From: a virus
Taxonomy: Duplodnaviria > Caudoviricetes
Reading direction: 5' to 3' (one strand)
Virus record (IMG/VR): IMGVR_UViG_2899946620_000001
Coordinates: 6,033 to 70,032 of that record
DNA length: 64,000 nt
This document shows positions 1-8,127 of the stretch, piece by piece. The notes under the pieces were generated by a model. It was not told the origin of the DNA. It saw only the letters and a program-made list of their open reading frames with translations, and ran no database searches. Made by a program: the position numbers and the translations under genes. The stretch's first letter is position 1, and every line of letters begins with the position of its first letter.

Positions 1-191
1 GCGATCGGCTTGCGCCAGTTGGCTTTGCCCGTGCGCTGTCTGTCCTCGCCAGCACCCCACTGAACGCGGTGGTATCGGTTCGCCATCAGGTTTTCGGCGT
101 AGCAGCCGTCGCAGGCCGGAGAGACCTTCGTGCATCCAATCCACGGATTGAAGGTGTGATCGGTCCATTCGATCTTGCTGTTCTCAGCCAT
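1..191 (-). CDS. DUF5131 / phage Gp37-Gp68 family protein (5' part, runs off window)
   Basis: Translated by hand: [35 protein letters not shown]..., the IEWTD..NP..GC.K.S..C..CYA signature; ATG overlaps the TAA of the upstream ORF. Confidence 0.85.
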   Translation of the reverse strand, partial: MAENSKIEWTDHTFNPWIGCTKVSPACDGCYAENLMANRYHRVQWGAGEDRQRTGKANWRKPI

Positions 192-712
192 TATGCTGCG
201 CTCCCCGTTTGGCGTTGCGTGGAGCCGCGCTCGACGCCGATTAGATCGTCGAGGAAGTCGAGGACGGCCGTTTTGCTTTCCTGAAATTCCTGCTTGCCCA
301 TGGCCTTCATGGACTGGCTCTTCGCCACGTAGCGGGTGACGGTCGCCTCCTTCACGTCGACGACAGAGAAGGCATCGATCGGCCGGATGAAGGCGGCGAG
401 GCGCATTGCCTCCGCCTTCGTGCTGCAGACGATGGTGTGTGCATCGCAGTATCCGGTCCGGATCAGCGCGTAGGTGCGTAGGTGCTCGGCGGATTCGGCG
501 AACGGCAGCCCGGAATACTGCTCCGGCAGATTGCGCCAGGCATCGTTCACGGCGGCGAAAAAATGCCGGTGCGAATTCATGCTCCGGTCGTTGTGCTCGG
601 CGAGCGTATAGAACTCGCCGACCACGAAACGCTTGTCGCATTCGCGGGCCCAGTGCCGGTTCGCCGGCTGGAAGGCCTCGCCATTCCACTGAAGCAGGAC
701 CGGGGCGCTCAT
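191..712 (-). CDS. Phage protein, DUF1367/NinB-like
   Basis: 173 aa ORF in the early-left operon; C-terminal [23 protein letters not shown] resembles the DUF1367/NinB motif. Confidence 0.6.
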   Translation of the reverse strand: MSAPVLLQWNGEAFQPANRHWARECDKRFVVGEFYTLAEHNDRSMNSHRHFFAAVNDAWRNLPEQYSGLPFAESAEHLRTYALIRTGYCDAHTIVCSTKAEAMRLAAFIRPIDAFSVVDVKEATVTRYVAKSQSMKAMGKQEFQESKTAVLDFLDDLIGVERGSTQRQTGSAA

Positions 713-713
713 G

Positions 714-1733
714 TCAGCCCGCCATCATAGGGTGATTGCGGAGCTCGGCATCGGAAGGGCCCATCGCCGGACGGCCCGGCTTGCGAGCGATAGCGGCCTC
801 GATTTCCTTCTTGAGCGCGAGCGCGTCGCCCGGCTGCAGAGCCCAGAAGCGTTTCAGGGGCTCGCGGTTCGCGTCCCGCCACTTCGCGACGGTCTCCGGC
901 GTGGATTCGTTGATGAAGCGCATGACCTCATCGGCGAACTTCCCGACCGGTACATTCTCGAGCGCCCAGTTGTCCCCCCAGGTGACGGTGATGGAGTTGT
1001 CTGCGCCGATCACCCGCATGCGGTGATCCTCGCGTTCTTTCTCGACGACTTCGGAGGCGGTGAGGTCGAGAACCTTGGCGCGGTCCAACTCGGCTTCGTC
1101 ATAGGTGCCGGTAAACTGTTCCGGCCACCCTGCACGAAGCGCCTGCATCTGCGCGCACTTCTCGATCATGAGGCGCGGCATCCGGCACCAGTTTCCGGAG
1201 TCGTCAAGCACTTCGGTTTCTTCGCCGATGGCAACTTTCTTTTTCTTCGGCTTGCCGCTGTCCGGCCAGACCTCGCCGGTATCTTCCCACTTGTACCCGC
1301 CAGCGGCTTTGCGCTTAATCGGCGCAAACTCGGACCAATAGGCTTGTCCCACGACTTCGAACCAATCGCCGGACTGCGGATCTCGCTTCCACAAATAGAC
1401 AGTAGCGGAGACGATGCCGAGCGGGTTCGTCGGCGACACCAGCGCCTTGTCGATTTCGAACTGTGTGGGCTTGCTGGCTGGACGGTAGTCGCCGCAACGC
1501 TGCGCGATGACGCGTTGGCCGTCGCGGGTGATGATGATCGTCATCTTCCGCTTTTCAGCATCACCCTTGGAAAAGACCATGGGAATGATCTGCCCGAGGA
1601 ACGGGTCGAGGCCTTTTGCACGTGCGACTTCGCAGAAGAGGTTGAACTCTTCATCGTTGCAGTCTTTGGCGACCGTGGCCTTCACGAGCGCTATCTGCTT
1701 AGGCGTCATGTCATATCGGGTCACTGCGTTCAT
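714..1733 (-). CDS. bet: Single-strand annealing recombinase (Bet/RecT family)
   Basis: Start reset to MNAVTRYDMTPKQIALVK; motifs EFNLFCEVARAKGLDPF.GQI, ITRDGQRVIAQR, AYWSEFAP, W..MPRLMIEKCAQMQALRAGWPEQFTGTY..E. Confidence 0.85.
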   Translation of the reverse strand: MNAVTRYDMTPKQIALVKATVAKDCNDEEFNLFCEVARAKGLDPFLGQIIPMVFSKGDAEKRKMTIIITRDGQRVIAQRCGDYRPASKPTQFEIDKALVSPTNPLGIVSATVYLWKRDPQSGDWFEVVGQAYWSEFAPIKRKAAGGYKWEDTGEVWPDSGKPKKKKVAIGEETEVLDDSGNWCRMPRLMIEKCAQMQALRAGWPEQFTGTYDEAELDRAKVLDLTASEVVEKEREDHRMRVIGADNSITVTWGDNWALENVPVGKFADEVMRFINESTPETVAKWRDANREPLKRFWALQPGDALALKKEIEAAIARKPGRPAMGPSDAELRNHPMMAG

Positions 1734-1735
1734 GG

Positions 1736-2266
1736 TCACTTCCTCCGGACCGTGAGAGAGAACGAGCCGTTGTCGAGCGTGGCGCCGGGAATGGCGGCGC
1801 CGCCTTCGCGCAGATCGGCTGTGAGGGCTTTCTTGTCGAGCTTCGGGGCAGGGCGCGGCTGCTCTACCCAGTATTTCGCCGGGATATCGGCCTCGTCGGT
1901 GACGATCAGGGCGGCCGCGCGCTTCGTGAGCGACAGCGTTGCCGTCGGCAGCTTCATCGAAAGCTGATCGGTGGCGAGCATCGCCTGTTCGATCAGGGTG
2001 CGGATCCGCTCGGCGCGCTTCTCGACAGTCTTGCGGCGCGCCTCGAACTCGGCTTCCTTGGCTTTGAGCCCAGTCACGAGAACATCGCACTCGTCGAGTT
2101 CCGCGATAGCCTCCTCGATAGCCTCCTTGAGGTTCGTTTCGCCCTCGATGGTGTCGGCGACCAGTTCGGTGTCGTCATCGGTGCCCTGGTTGCGAAGATC
2201 GACGAGGAGAGCTTTTGCGGCTTCGGTCTGCCGGCGGATGGTGTGTTCGATTCCTGGTGCGGTCAT
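1736..2266 (-). CDS. Siphovirus Gp157 family protein
   Basis: Start reset to MTAPGIEH; coiled coil, DTIEGE, and C-terminal DEADIPAKYW..P.PKLDKKAL...IPGATL. Confidence 0.8.
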   Translation of the reverse strand: MTAPGIEHTIRRQTEAAKALLVDLRNQGTDDDTELVADTIEGETNLKEAIEEAIAELDECDVLVTGLKAKEAEFEARRKTVEKRAERIRTLIEQAMLATDQLSMKLPTATLSLTKRAAALIVTDEADIPAKYWVEQPRPAPKLDKKALTADLREGGAAIPGATLDNGSFSLTVRRK

Positions 2267-2267
2267 G

Positions 2268-2504
2268 TCAGACGTTCCTGGCTTTGACGATTTGGCGGTG
2301 GACCTGCTCCGTGTTCCAGAAGCCGGCGGCGAAGACGGCGAGCACGGCAGCAAGGAGAATGAGGAAGGTCGCGGTTGCGGTAGTGGCGCGGTTCAGGTTC
2401 GCGACCGCGTCCAGATCGATGTTGCGCGCCGGCGGGAGGTCACAGCGTCCGCACTCGCAATAGCGCTGCGCAGGATCGCAGGCGTAGGAGACGGGGCGTG
2501 TCAC
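2268..2504 (-). CDS. Small phage membrane protein
   Basis: GTG start overlaps the TGA of the upstream ORF; Cys cluster (CDPAQRYCECGRC) and one hydrophobic helix. Confidence 0.6.
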   Translation of the reverse strand: MTRPVSYACDPAQRYCECGRCDLPPARNIDLDAVANLNRATTATATFLILLAAVLAVFAAGFWNTEQVHRQIVKARNV

Positions 2505-2761
2505 GCGACCCTCCGGGCGGCAGTCGCGGCCTGCTCGCGTGAATACTCGCAGGCCTGCAGGTATCCGTTGATCATGTCGGAGAGGGCACCCAGCTTTTCG
2601 GCGGAGAGCTTGATCGCGAACACGTCGAAGTCGTTGTTGAAGCGCTTCCAAGCCGTGTCGCCGCTCGGGCCGGGCGCAATGATGCCGGCCTTTTCAAGCT
2701 CCCACCTGCTGGTGTTCGAGAGGAAGAAAGCAAAGTCGCGGAGTTGCGTTGCCGTGATCAT
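2501..2761 (-). CDS. Hypothetical phage protein
   Basis: 86 aa, start/stop overlaps with both neighbours, RBS GAGGAG. Confidence 0.7.
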   Translation of the reverse strand: MITATQLRDFAFFLSNTSRWELEKAGIIAPGPSGDTAWKRFNNDFDVFAIKLSAEKLGALSDMINGYLQACEYSREQAATAARRVA

Positions 2762-3000
2762 GCCGCGCTCCTCTTGATCGAAACGGCTTCGGAAGCGAAG
2801 AAATCGGGGAAGGTGGAATAGCGCTCGAAGCGCTCGACGGTCGTGCCGGGGAATGCGGCGGCTTCTTCGAGAGCCTCATCTTCGCAACGGAACTGCAGAG
2901 CGTCGTCGACTTCGTAGGAGAAGAAGCCTTCGACCGTCAGAACGCGGCCTACCTCATCCTCAATCCTGTATCGGGTAACCATCGTGCCCATCGTTTTCAT
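2758..3000 (-). CDS. Hypothetical phage protein, first gene of the early-left operon
   Basis: 80 aa ORF just downstream of PL; ATGA overlap with the next gene. Confidence 0.7.
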   Translation of the reverse strand: MKTMGTMVTRYRIEDEVGRVLTVEGFFSYEVDDALQFRCEDEALEEAAAFPGTTVERFERYSTFPDFFASEAVSIKRSAA

Positions 3001-3042
3001 CTCCCGGCGTGGCCCTGTGTCGCCAGCGCTTTGCTGATGAGA

Positions 3043-3098
3043 TGAATGTAAGTCGTACTTACCTATTCGGTCAAGAAGAAAATGTAAGTATGCCCTAC
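3043..3098 (-). promoter_or_regulatory. PL promoter and OL operators
   Basis: Minus strand TTGACC-N18-TACATT; palindrome GTAAGT-cgt-ACTTAC at 3048-3062 and variant GTAAGT-atg-CCCTAC at 3084-3098. Confidence 0.75.
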
Positions 3099-3223
3099 TT
3101 ATTGGAGTGAGGTAAGCGAGTGACCGAGAAATTTGCTTGGCTGTCGCTGGTTTTACGACTCGACTCGGCGCAGTTTCGCTGCTTTCTTAAAGCGAACGAA
3201 AAGAGAACAAGCAGGAGAGAGGA

Positions 3224-3496
3224 ATGTCGCGCAGCGGCCCAGTGGATCATCCGGATGCCCTACGACTGGTTGTCGAGCTTGATAGCGTTTATGTGGCTTG
3301 TGATGATTGCGGCCATTCGCGACTTCTTCGCCTCGACAACCTTCGGAAAGCTGCCGAGCTAGGCGTGCATAACTACATGCAGCTTTGTCGGAAGATCCGT
3401 TGCAGCGAGTGCCCCAAGACGCCGCCAGCCTTTCGCAATCTAACGATCCGGCCGACGTGGCGCTGCGACGAGCCCTCGCTTCAGAGCATAGCGTGA
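3224..3496 (+). CDS. Small CxxC...CxxC putative Zn-binding protein
   Basis: 90 aa, CDDC...CSEC, RBS GAGAGG; convergent with and overlapping the cI 3' end. Confidence 0.7.
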   Translation: MSRSGPVDHPDALRLVVELDSVYVACDDCGHSRLLRLDNLRKAAELGVHNYMQLCRKIRCSECPKTPPAFRNLTIRPTWRCDEPSLQSIA

Positions 3497-4218
3497 AAGA
3501 CGACCTTGTGAACGCTGAACACCTTCTCGGCGGGGAACTCCAGCTCGTGAGTTTCCCCTTCGCCGGGATTGTATTGGTAGAGGCGCAGCGTATCGCCAGA
3601 GCGCGAGACGAAGCGCTTCAGGTAGCTTGAGACCTCGTCGTCGTCGTCATCCCCAAGGATTTGCACAATTACATCATCGCCTTGGCGCACCTTCAGATGC
3701 GGGTTTACCCAAGCTGTTTCGCCGTGGAAAAAGCGCGGCTCGCCGGATCGGCCATCCACCTGCACCGCATAGGCGCCTTCGACGCCTTCGAGCCCGGGTG
3801 GGCAGAATACCTGGGCGATGTCCTGCCCATTCATGATGAACCGACCATTGGCGCCGGCTGCGATATGGCCGCGCAATGGGATCGACTTATCACCGGGGAA
3901 CTGCTGCCACCGAGGAGGGAAGCTCGCGTTCGGCTTTGGCTTCTTCTGCTTGGCGTTCGCGCTGACGACGCGCAGGCGCCTAGTGATGCCAGTCTCTGCT
4001 TCTTCCGGCGCATTTCCTTGCCCGGTCAGAAGCCACTCTGGCTCGCACTGAAGGATTTCCGCGAGGGGAACAATCTTGTCACGTTCAGGCGCTGTAGAGT
4101 TGTTCTCCCATAGCGTCACCGACACTCGGTTGATGCCGAATGCTTCTGCAAGACCTTGCTGAGTAAGTCCGACGGCTTTGCGCCGAGCCCGGATTCTATC
4201 GCCGATCGTATCATCCAT
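3481..4218 (-). CDS. cI: CI-like repressor (XRE HTH + S24 peptidase)
   Basis: N-terminal HTH (GLTQQGLAEAFGINRVSVTLWE), Ala-Gly site (IAAG), S24 Ser (GRSGEP) and Lys (YLKRF); divergent from cro. Confidence 0.93.
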   Translation of the reverse strand: MDDTIGDRIRARRKAVGLTQQGLAEAFGINRVSVTLWENNSTAPERDKIVPLAEILQCEPEWLLTGQGNAPEEAETGITRRLRVVSANAKQKKPKPNASFPPRWQQFPGDKSIPLRGHIAAGANGRFIMNGQDIAQVFCPPGLEGVEGAYAVQVDGRSGEPRFFHGETAWVNPHLKVRQGDDVIVQILGDDDDDEVSSYLKRFVSRSGDTLRLYQYNPGEGETHELEFPAEKVFSVHKVVFHAML

Positions 4219-4227
4219 ACCCTACTT

Positions 4228-4294
4228 GTAATTATCCCCTACGTAAAAATCACCTACATCGCGCTTGACAACGAGAGTAAGTGTAACTTACCTT
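4228..4294 (+). promoter_or_regulatory. PR promoter and OR operators
   Basis: TTGACA at 4265-4270 and TACCTT at 4289-4294; GTAAGT-gta-ACTTAC at 4277-4291 matches OL1; weaker copies at 4228-4242 and 4243-4257. Confidence 0.75.
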
Positions 4295-4301
4295 CGCTTA
4301 C

Positions 4302-4505
4302 ATGATTGAGATCGTCGAAAGAGCAGCGGAGAAGGCGGGGGGCGTAGTTTCGCTCGCACGTGTACTCGGCATCAAGCACACGGCCTTGTACTCTTGGAAC
4401 CGTGTCCCCGCGGAACGTGTGCTCGACATCGAGCGTGTCACCGGCATATCCCGCCACGAACTGCGGCCCGACGTTTTCGGCAAAGCGCCGGAGGCGGCAC
4501 AATGA
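4302..4505 (+). CDS. cro: Cro-like repressor (YdaS/Cro family)
   Basis: 67 aa, SLARVLGI...ALYSW..VPAERVLDIERVTGISRHELRPDVF. Confidence 0.9.
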   Translation: MIEIVERAAEKAGGVVSLARVLGIKHTALYSWNRVPAERVLDIERVTGISRHELRPDVFGKAPEAAQ

Positions 4506-5353
4506 CGTCGGACGCCCAGATCAAAGCCTTCATCGACCGCATTCTTCGCCTGAAGGAAGAGCAGGACACGATCGGCGAGGACATCCGCGACATTTATGCG
4601 GAAGCAAAATCCATGGGCTTCGACAAGACCGCTATGGGCAACGTCGTCGCTCATCTGCGCAAGGTCGCAAAGAAGGGTTCCGACACCGTCGCGGAGCAGG
4701 GGGCCATCTTCGATTTGTACCTGTGCGCCTACGAGGGAAAATCCCCTCATGCGCCTGCGCCTGCGCGCGCACGAGAAAACATTGAACAATTCGACCCGGA
4801 AACGGGCGAGATCAGCGCCAAGCTCGTGGAAACCGTCGCCGCTGGCGTGCAGACCGAGACCGGCCGCAAGGCACTGATCGCCGCCGTCGACATCATGATC
4901 GCCCGTGAAGAGGAAGAAGGAACGCACGAGAGGCCCTCGACCAACGATGAGCCATCCCCAGAGGCAGGTCCGCAAGCCGAAGCCTCTCCTGCCGGGACTG
5001 GAGCCGGGACGCTTGCGGATCGTGAGGGCCGCCATGAAGGGGAGGCGGCTTCGTTCGGCCTCCCCACCAACTCCGAAATCCCCAGCGCCGAGCGCGAGAC
5101 CGACCGCGAGGCGGCGGGCACTCTCGCCGGCGCCAACGCAGGAGGCGAATATGTAGATGGCAGCGCGGAGCGCGCGTCCCCTGTTGCAACGTCGTCTGGC
5201 CCGGACGTGAAATGGGCACAGAATTCCACCGCCAAGCCGAAATCCGTTCTCCGGCCGCACTGCCGGAACCCAGAAGCGTGCGGCGGCTATGGCACGAACC
5301 ATTGTCACACCTGCCTGAAGGCTATGCGCGAGCAACCGGAGGAAGTCGCATGA
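4502..5353 (+). CDS. GapR-like (DUF2312) domain protein with long C-terminal extension
   Basis: Start overlaps the cro stop (ATGA); QIKAFIDRILRLKEEQDTIGEDIRDIYAEAKSMGFD is the DUF2312 signature; low-complexity tail ending in a Cys cluster. Confidence 0.8.
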   Translation: MTSDAQIKAFIDRILRLKEEQDTIGEDIRDIYAEAKSMGFDKTAMGNVVAHLRKVAKKGSDTVAEQGAIFDLYLCAYEGKSPHAPAPARARENIEQFDPETGEISAKLVETVAAGVQTETGRKALIAAVDIMIAREEEEGTHERPSTNDEPSPEAGPQAEASPAGTGAGTLADREGRHEGEAASFGLPTNSEIPSAERETDREAAGTLAGANAGGEYVDGSAERASPVATSSGPDVKWAQNSTAKPKSVLRPHCRNPEACGGYGTNHCHTCLKAMREQPEEVA

Positions 5354-5490
5354 GCGAGTACCTCCGGACATCCAAATCAGAAGACGCCGCAGCTCAAAGA
5401 ACCATTGAGGGCAGGGTGGATTTTCATCGCGCCCAGGTGAGCCGCGCCGCTCCGTCCAATCCAAACTCAGATCAGAAGAGGGCTGCATGA
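5350..5490 (+). CDS. Small hypothetical phage protein
   Basis: 46 aa, ATGA-coupled on both sides. Confidence 0.55.
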   Translation: MSEYLRTSKSEDAAAQRTIEGRVDFHRAQVSRAAPSNPNSDQKRAA

Positions 5491-5690
5491 TGATGAATAC
5501 CTTGCTTGTCTGTGGTGCTTCCATCGGCCTCGCCGTCGCCGGCGCGAAGATCTTCAACGCGGCCTGCGACAAGATCGGGCGGCTCGCTGCCGAGCGCCGC
5601 GACCTGGTCGCTGAGAACAAATTCCTGAAAATGACTGATGACGAACTGGCCGCCCTGATCCTGGCGGACGTCCGCGACGGCCGCTTTTGA
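5487..5690 (+). CDS. Small membrane-anchored phage protein
   Basis: 67 aa, N-terminal hydrophobic segment, coupled start. Confidence 0.65.
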   Translation: MMMNTLLVCGASIGLAVAGAKIFNAACDKIGRLAAERRDLVAENKFLKMTDDELAALILADVRDGRF

Positions 5691-5718
5691 AAACGAACTA
5701 GCCGGCTACCTCCACCGG

Positions 5719-5979
5719 CTATCGCGGGCCTCCGTCTTCTCCTCCTCCCAAGCCGGAGGCCCGCAAGACTTTCAACCGGATGCGCTTGTTCGAGAGCCTC
5801 AACACGACGGCGTTCACAAGCTCACCAAGGGGGATTGCCGGTGACGACGAGGGTGCGTCACCGGCGGCAGAGGCAGGGTGCGGCTCCCGGACTCTGCGAA
5901 ACGGAATGACTTGGGAGGGACCGGCAGCCGTTGGCGCGGCGCCGTCCTCTCCATCGGAAGTAATGCCTGTGCGCATCAC
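5719..5979 (-). CDS. Antisense hypothetical protein
   Basis: 86 aa, RBS GGAG upstream; hairpin TAGCCGG...CCGGCTA at about 5699-5721 directly after the stop. Confidence 0.5.
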   Translation of the reverse strand: MMRTGITSDGEDGAAPTAAGPSQVIPFRRVREPHPASAAGDAPSSSPAIPLGELVNAVVLRLSNKRIRLKVLRASGLGGGEDGGPR

Positions 5980-6087
5980 GCTTCTCCATCAACACGGAAA
6001 GGTATCGCACAGGAGAACGACAAGGTGTTGGGAACCGACAACAAGTCCTTGGGGTCTCGCCCCAAGGGAAAAAACGAAGGCAACACA

Positions 6088-6423
6088 ATGAGTACCGATG
6101 TTCTTGAAGCAAGAGACTTGTTGAGGGACGCGTTTCCGCTGGGCCGGCACGGCAAGCTCGACAATGTGTTCTTTGAGGCCTGCAAGTTCGTCAATCGCTT
6201 CGTTCAGAAGGAATTCACCCAGAGACGGGCCCGCTCGATCTGGGAAGGCACCGCGCGTCGCATCGACGCCGAGGAAATGGACGCGCTGCGGTTGGCAGCA
6301 ATCGAGGAGAGCAAGCGTGAACAGAGAGAACTCCGTGCCCGTCTGGCTGCACTGGATGCGAAGCTTGCCGACGTCGACGAGGCTTTGGCTCGCACGCAGA
6401 TGGCAGCGGATTGCCGGCCGTAG
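6088..6423 (+). CDS. Phage regulatory protein (CII-position, coiled-coil C-terminus)
   Basis: Start reset to MSTDVLEARD, RBS GAAGG; position downstream of cro; RRARSIWEGTARRIDAEEM helix motif. Confidence 0.7.
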   Translation: MSTDVLEARDLLRDAFPLGRHGKLDNVFFEACKFVNRFVQKEFTQRRARSIWEGTARRIDAEEMDALRLAAIEESKREQRELRARLAALDAKLADVDEALARTQMAADCRP

Positions 6424-6497
6424 GCTCGATTGGGCGGAGTATTTGGCTCCGGAACTGAAAGACGAGGATGGTGATGACTTCAGCGCAGACGAGTAGC

Positions 6498-7295
6498 CTA
6501 CGCCTCAATGGCCTTCATGCTCGCCAGGAGTTTGCCATTGTACGTCGAGCCGTCGGCGCCCGAGTGAACTCGGCGATGGCAATTCGGGCAAAGCGCTATC
6601 ACAAAACGCGGATCGTCAGGGCCGCCGTCGGTGAGGCGGCGAATGTGGTGCGGCTCGAGATAGGGCACGCCATTGCCGCGCCGGAATGGAGCCGGTTGGC
6701 TGCACCCCTCGCAATGGCCTTTCGCGCGCGCAACAACATAGTCGCGCACGTCTCGGCTGCGCTCGAACACAGAAGCGGTCGACTTGGACTTGGCAGGAGT
6801 GGCGTTGGTAGCCGCAAATGCGCGCTTACGGAGCTCGCTCAGGTCTGGAGAGATGGGTGTCATCTCTTCGATCTGCTCGACGACGGCAGCTACCTGCCTC
6901 AATTCGAAGACAAGAGCGTCACGCACACTTCCAAGGCGATCAGGCGCCTGCTCAAAGTGGTGAGCCTCGTAGACGTACTCGTCCTCAAAGCGAAGACCGG
7001 TCGGCGTTTTCCGGAAGAGCAGGAGGCTTGCGCCGTTCGCCGAATGGTTGGCGATCGCCGCATTGCCGCGCTGCATCGTCATGTTGCCGACCTGTCCTTC
7101 ACCGAAATACTCGAATACGCCATCGGGCCGCTGTCGGTCGGCATAACCGTGTTCGAGACCTTCTTCTCCGGTGATGATGATCACCAGCCTGTGCTTGGAA
7201 GGGGTAATGATTCCGCCTTGCTGCTGGCCGCCAAATCGGCCGTGAATATCAGCTCGACGGTTATAGACCCGGCCACGCTCGAAACCCCAAGACAT
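6498..7295 (-). CDS. SRA-HNH modification-dependent (5mC-type) restriction endonuclease, McrA-like
   Basis: N-terminal SRA-like region (IHGRFGGQQQGGI, GY.D...DGVFEYFGEGQVGNMTMQRGN); C-terminal Zn-HNH (CEGC...YLEPHHIRRL.DGG.D....IALCPNCHRRVH). Confidence 0.8.
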   Translation of the reverse strand: MSWGFERGRVYNRRADIHGRFGGQQQGGIITPSKHRLVIIITGEEGLEHGYADRQRPDGVFEYFGEGQVGNMTMQRGNAAIANHSANGASLLLFRKTPTGLRFEDEYVYEAHHFEQAPDRLGSVRDALVFELRQVAAVVEQIEEMTPISPDLSELRKRAFAATNATPAKSKSTASVFERSRDVRDYVVARAKGHCEGCSQPAPFRRGNGVPYLEPHHIRRLTDGGPDDPRFVIALCPNCHRRVHSGADGSTYNGKLLASMKAIEA

Positions 7296-7372
7296 CTATT
7301 GCCCCCTCACTCGATTGGAGGAGTTTTCGCATTTTCGGGTTGCGTCAGGGTTAAAGCGGTGAGGGCGGTAGT

Positions 7373-7558
7373 ATGACCACCTACTCCGACGTCATCGAAT
7401 GGGCCGAAGCCCAGAAGCGCCAGAAGTTCACTTGGTTGGAAGACCACGGCCCGCGCTCGAAGCGCCCGCGTCCTGAGACCGAGGCCGAGAACAAGCTTCG
7501 CGACATCGCCATGCTCGACGCCGTCATTGCTGTGTGCAAGGCGAGGGCGGCAGCATGA
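7373..7558 (+). CDS. Hypothetical phage protein
   Basis: 61 aa, ATGA-coupled to the MTase. Confidence 0.65.
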   Translation: MTTYSDVIEWAEAQKRQKFTWLEDHGPRSKRPRPETEAENKLRDIAMLDAVIAVCKARAAA

Positions 7559-8127
7559 CGGTAGTCGCCTCCAAATACGCCCGCATCGAAAACGACCTCT
7601 ACCAGACGGAGCCATGGGCAACACAGGCGCTCGTCCGCCACTTTCCCGTCAAGGGCATGGAAATCTGGGAGCCATGCGCCGGCAACCATCTTATCGCTGA
7701 TGTGCTGACCGAGGCGGGCGCCGAAGTTTATACGAGCGATATCGCCACTTACTCGAGAGAGCATTCAGCCCTCATCGACTTTGTAGCGCCTGGCACCGTC
7801 CAGTTCTATCACGGTGACGGAATCGTCACGAACCCACCTTATGGCAAGCAGAACCGCCTCGCCGTGAAGTTCGTTGAGACTGCGCTGGTGGCCTGCAGCG
7901 GCATCGTTGCGATGTTGCTCACCGCGAAATTTGATTCCGGTAATACCCGAACGCACCTGTTCCGAGATAATCCCCGCTTCGCTGGGAAGATCGTCCTCGT
8001 CGACCGCATCAGCTTCCTCTTGAACGATGAGAGTGGGACCGAAGATCACGCTTGGTACATCTGGACCGAGACGCCGCGCCTGCCGCGCGCTCCGGTGATC
8101 CTCTACGCGGGGAGGGCGGCCGCATGA
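7555..8127 (+). CDS. Orphan amino-type (m6A/m4C) DNA methyltransferase
   Basis: DLYQTEPW, motif I WEPCAGN, motif IV IVTNPPY; no partner nuclease in the operon. Confidence 0.85.
   Translation: MTVVASKYARIENDLYQTEPWATQALVRHFPVKGMEIWEPCAGNHLIADVLTEAGAEVYTSDIATYSREHSALIDFVAPGTVQFYHGDGIVTNPPYGKQNRLAVKFVETALVACSGIVAMLLTAKFDSGNTRTHLFRDNPRFAGKIVLVDRISFLLNDESGTEDHAWYIWTETPRLPRAPVILYAGRAAA

Noticed and set aside
711-1967. 418-aa plus-strand ORF
   Set aside because: Antisense shadow of bet and gp157; no motifs, typical of high-GC DNA
4298-5620. 440-aa minus-strand ORF
   Set aside because: Antisense to cro and the GapR-like gene, which have clear motifs and coupled starts
6468-7376. 302-aa plus-strand ORF that would keep the operon orientation
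   Set aside because: The opposite strand has unambiguous SRA and HNH motifs; this frame has none
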